DNA of 64,000 nt from Nostoc sp. DedSLP01 (GTDB lineage Bacteria > Cyanobacteriota > Cyanobacteriia > Cyanobacteriales > Nostocaceae): NCBI GenBank assembly GCA_034530875.2, contig JAVRCJ020000013.1, positions 32,001-96,000 on the forward strand, given 5' to 3'. Positions 63,566 to 64,000 of this stretch are shown piece by piece. The position numbers and the translations under genes are program-made. The first letter of the stretch is position 1, and each line of letters opens with the position of its first letter. Under the pieces are notes generated by a model. It did no database searches and was not told the DNA's origin. It was given only the letters and a program-made list of their open reading frames with translations.

Positions 63566-63682
63566 TATTGTAGGTGTTTTTTGAGGAGGATATCACCCAG
63601 AGACGCAGAGGAGGACACTTCCGTGGGCGGGTTTCCCGACTTGAGGAAAGTGTCCGTCGCGCAAAGAGGGAATTGAGGAGTT

Positions 63683-63898
63683 TTATTTGCCTTTTTCTTC
63701 GTGTCTACCACTGTGTTTGTCGGAATGTAGTTGGCCTCCGACTGCCCAGTTTTCGCGTTCAAATTCATCGATGTGAATGGTTATCCATTCTGGTTTGGAG
63801 TTTAAGGTGGAGACAAGGGCATCGGTGATGGCTTTAACTAGTTGGCGCTTTTTTTCGATTGAGTGTCCTTTGGCAATTTGAACTGTAATAAATGGCAT
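63683..63898 (-). CDS. 4-oxalocrotonate tautomerase family protein (hyp cluster)
   Basis: Met-Pro start MPFITVQI...EKKRQLVKAITDA...ENWAVGG. Confidence 0.9.
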   Translation of the reverse strand: MPFITVQIAKGHSIEKKRQLVKAITDALVSTLNSKPEWITIHIDEFERENWAVGGQLHSDKHSGRHEEKGK

Positions 63899-64000
63899 GG
63901 AAGTTACTCTCAAATGGTATAGTTTAGGACTAGTCTAAAGAGAAACCACAGGCGGGGAGAGGTTCTTGGGTTATGGTTATTTTTGGTTTTTCAGCTATTA

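Larger units (their letters stand above)
1..64000. repeat. Window-wide HIP1 (GCGATCGC) over-representation and intergenic heptamer tandem repeats (e.g. AGAATTC, GTCATTA, GGGAGTG, GGGCATT)
   Basis: Many HIP1 copies; heptamer arrays near 2941, 5275, 11475, 13567, 18901, 29260, 52126, 52731 and 57944. Confidence 0.9.

Noticed and set aside
63565..63828. ORFs 63565-63768 (-) and 63574-63828 (+)
   Set aside because: Overlap the tautomerase gene and a repeat hairpin; no motifs

Overview
Chromosomal segment of a heterocyst-forming cyanobacterium (Nostoc/Calothrix/Tolypothrix-like), judged from the abundant HIP1 octamer GCGATCGC, heptamer tandem repeats and Nostocales-type genes. The left and middle parts are mostly conserved housekeeping genes: a Ser/Thr kinase-AAA ATPase hybrid (runs off the window), a GTPase, CP12, tlyA, apcF-glnA-gifA with NtcA boxes, an nblB-like gene plus a bilin lyase, ctpA, petB-petD, gmd, hglK, ruvX and proB. 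The right part is a heterocyst/N2-fixation support region: patB/cnfR, fdxB, coxB2A2C2, a cupin, an ArsC-like nif-associated protein, cysK, an LLM monooxygenase and hypE-hypA-hypB. I saw no rRNA, tRNA, CRISPR array, intact transposase, integrase or reverse transcriptase. The least ordinary items are: (i) a four-gene EamA-aminotransferase-cystathionine beta-synthase-amidase cassette of unknown function; (ii) ~20-22 nt elements inserted exactly into HIP1 octamers, one of which frameshifts an NB-ARC/NACHT gene; (iii) a nested MITE-like structure near 54.5 kb; (iv) an unlisted 55-aa Pro/Ile-rich ORF inside the cox2 gene run; (v) repeated TGAGTAC and Fur-like motifs around the nif-associated genes. 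All family calls come from motif recognition by eye; no database search was run.
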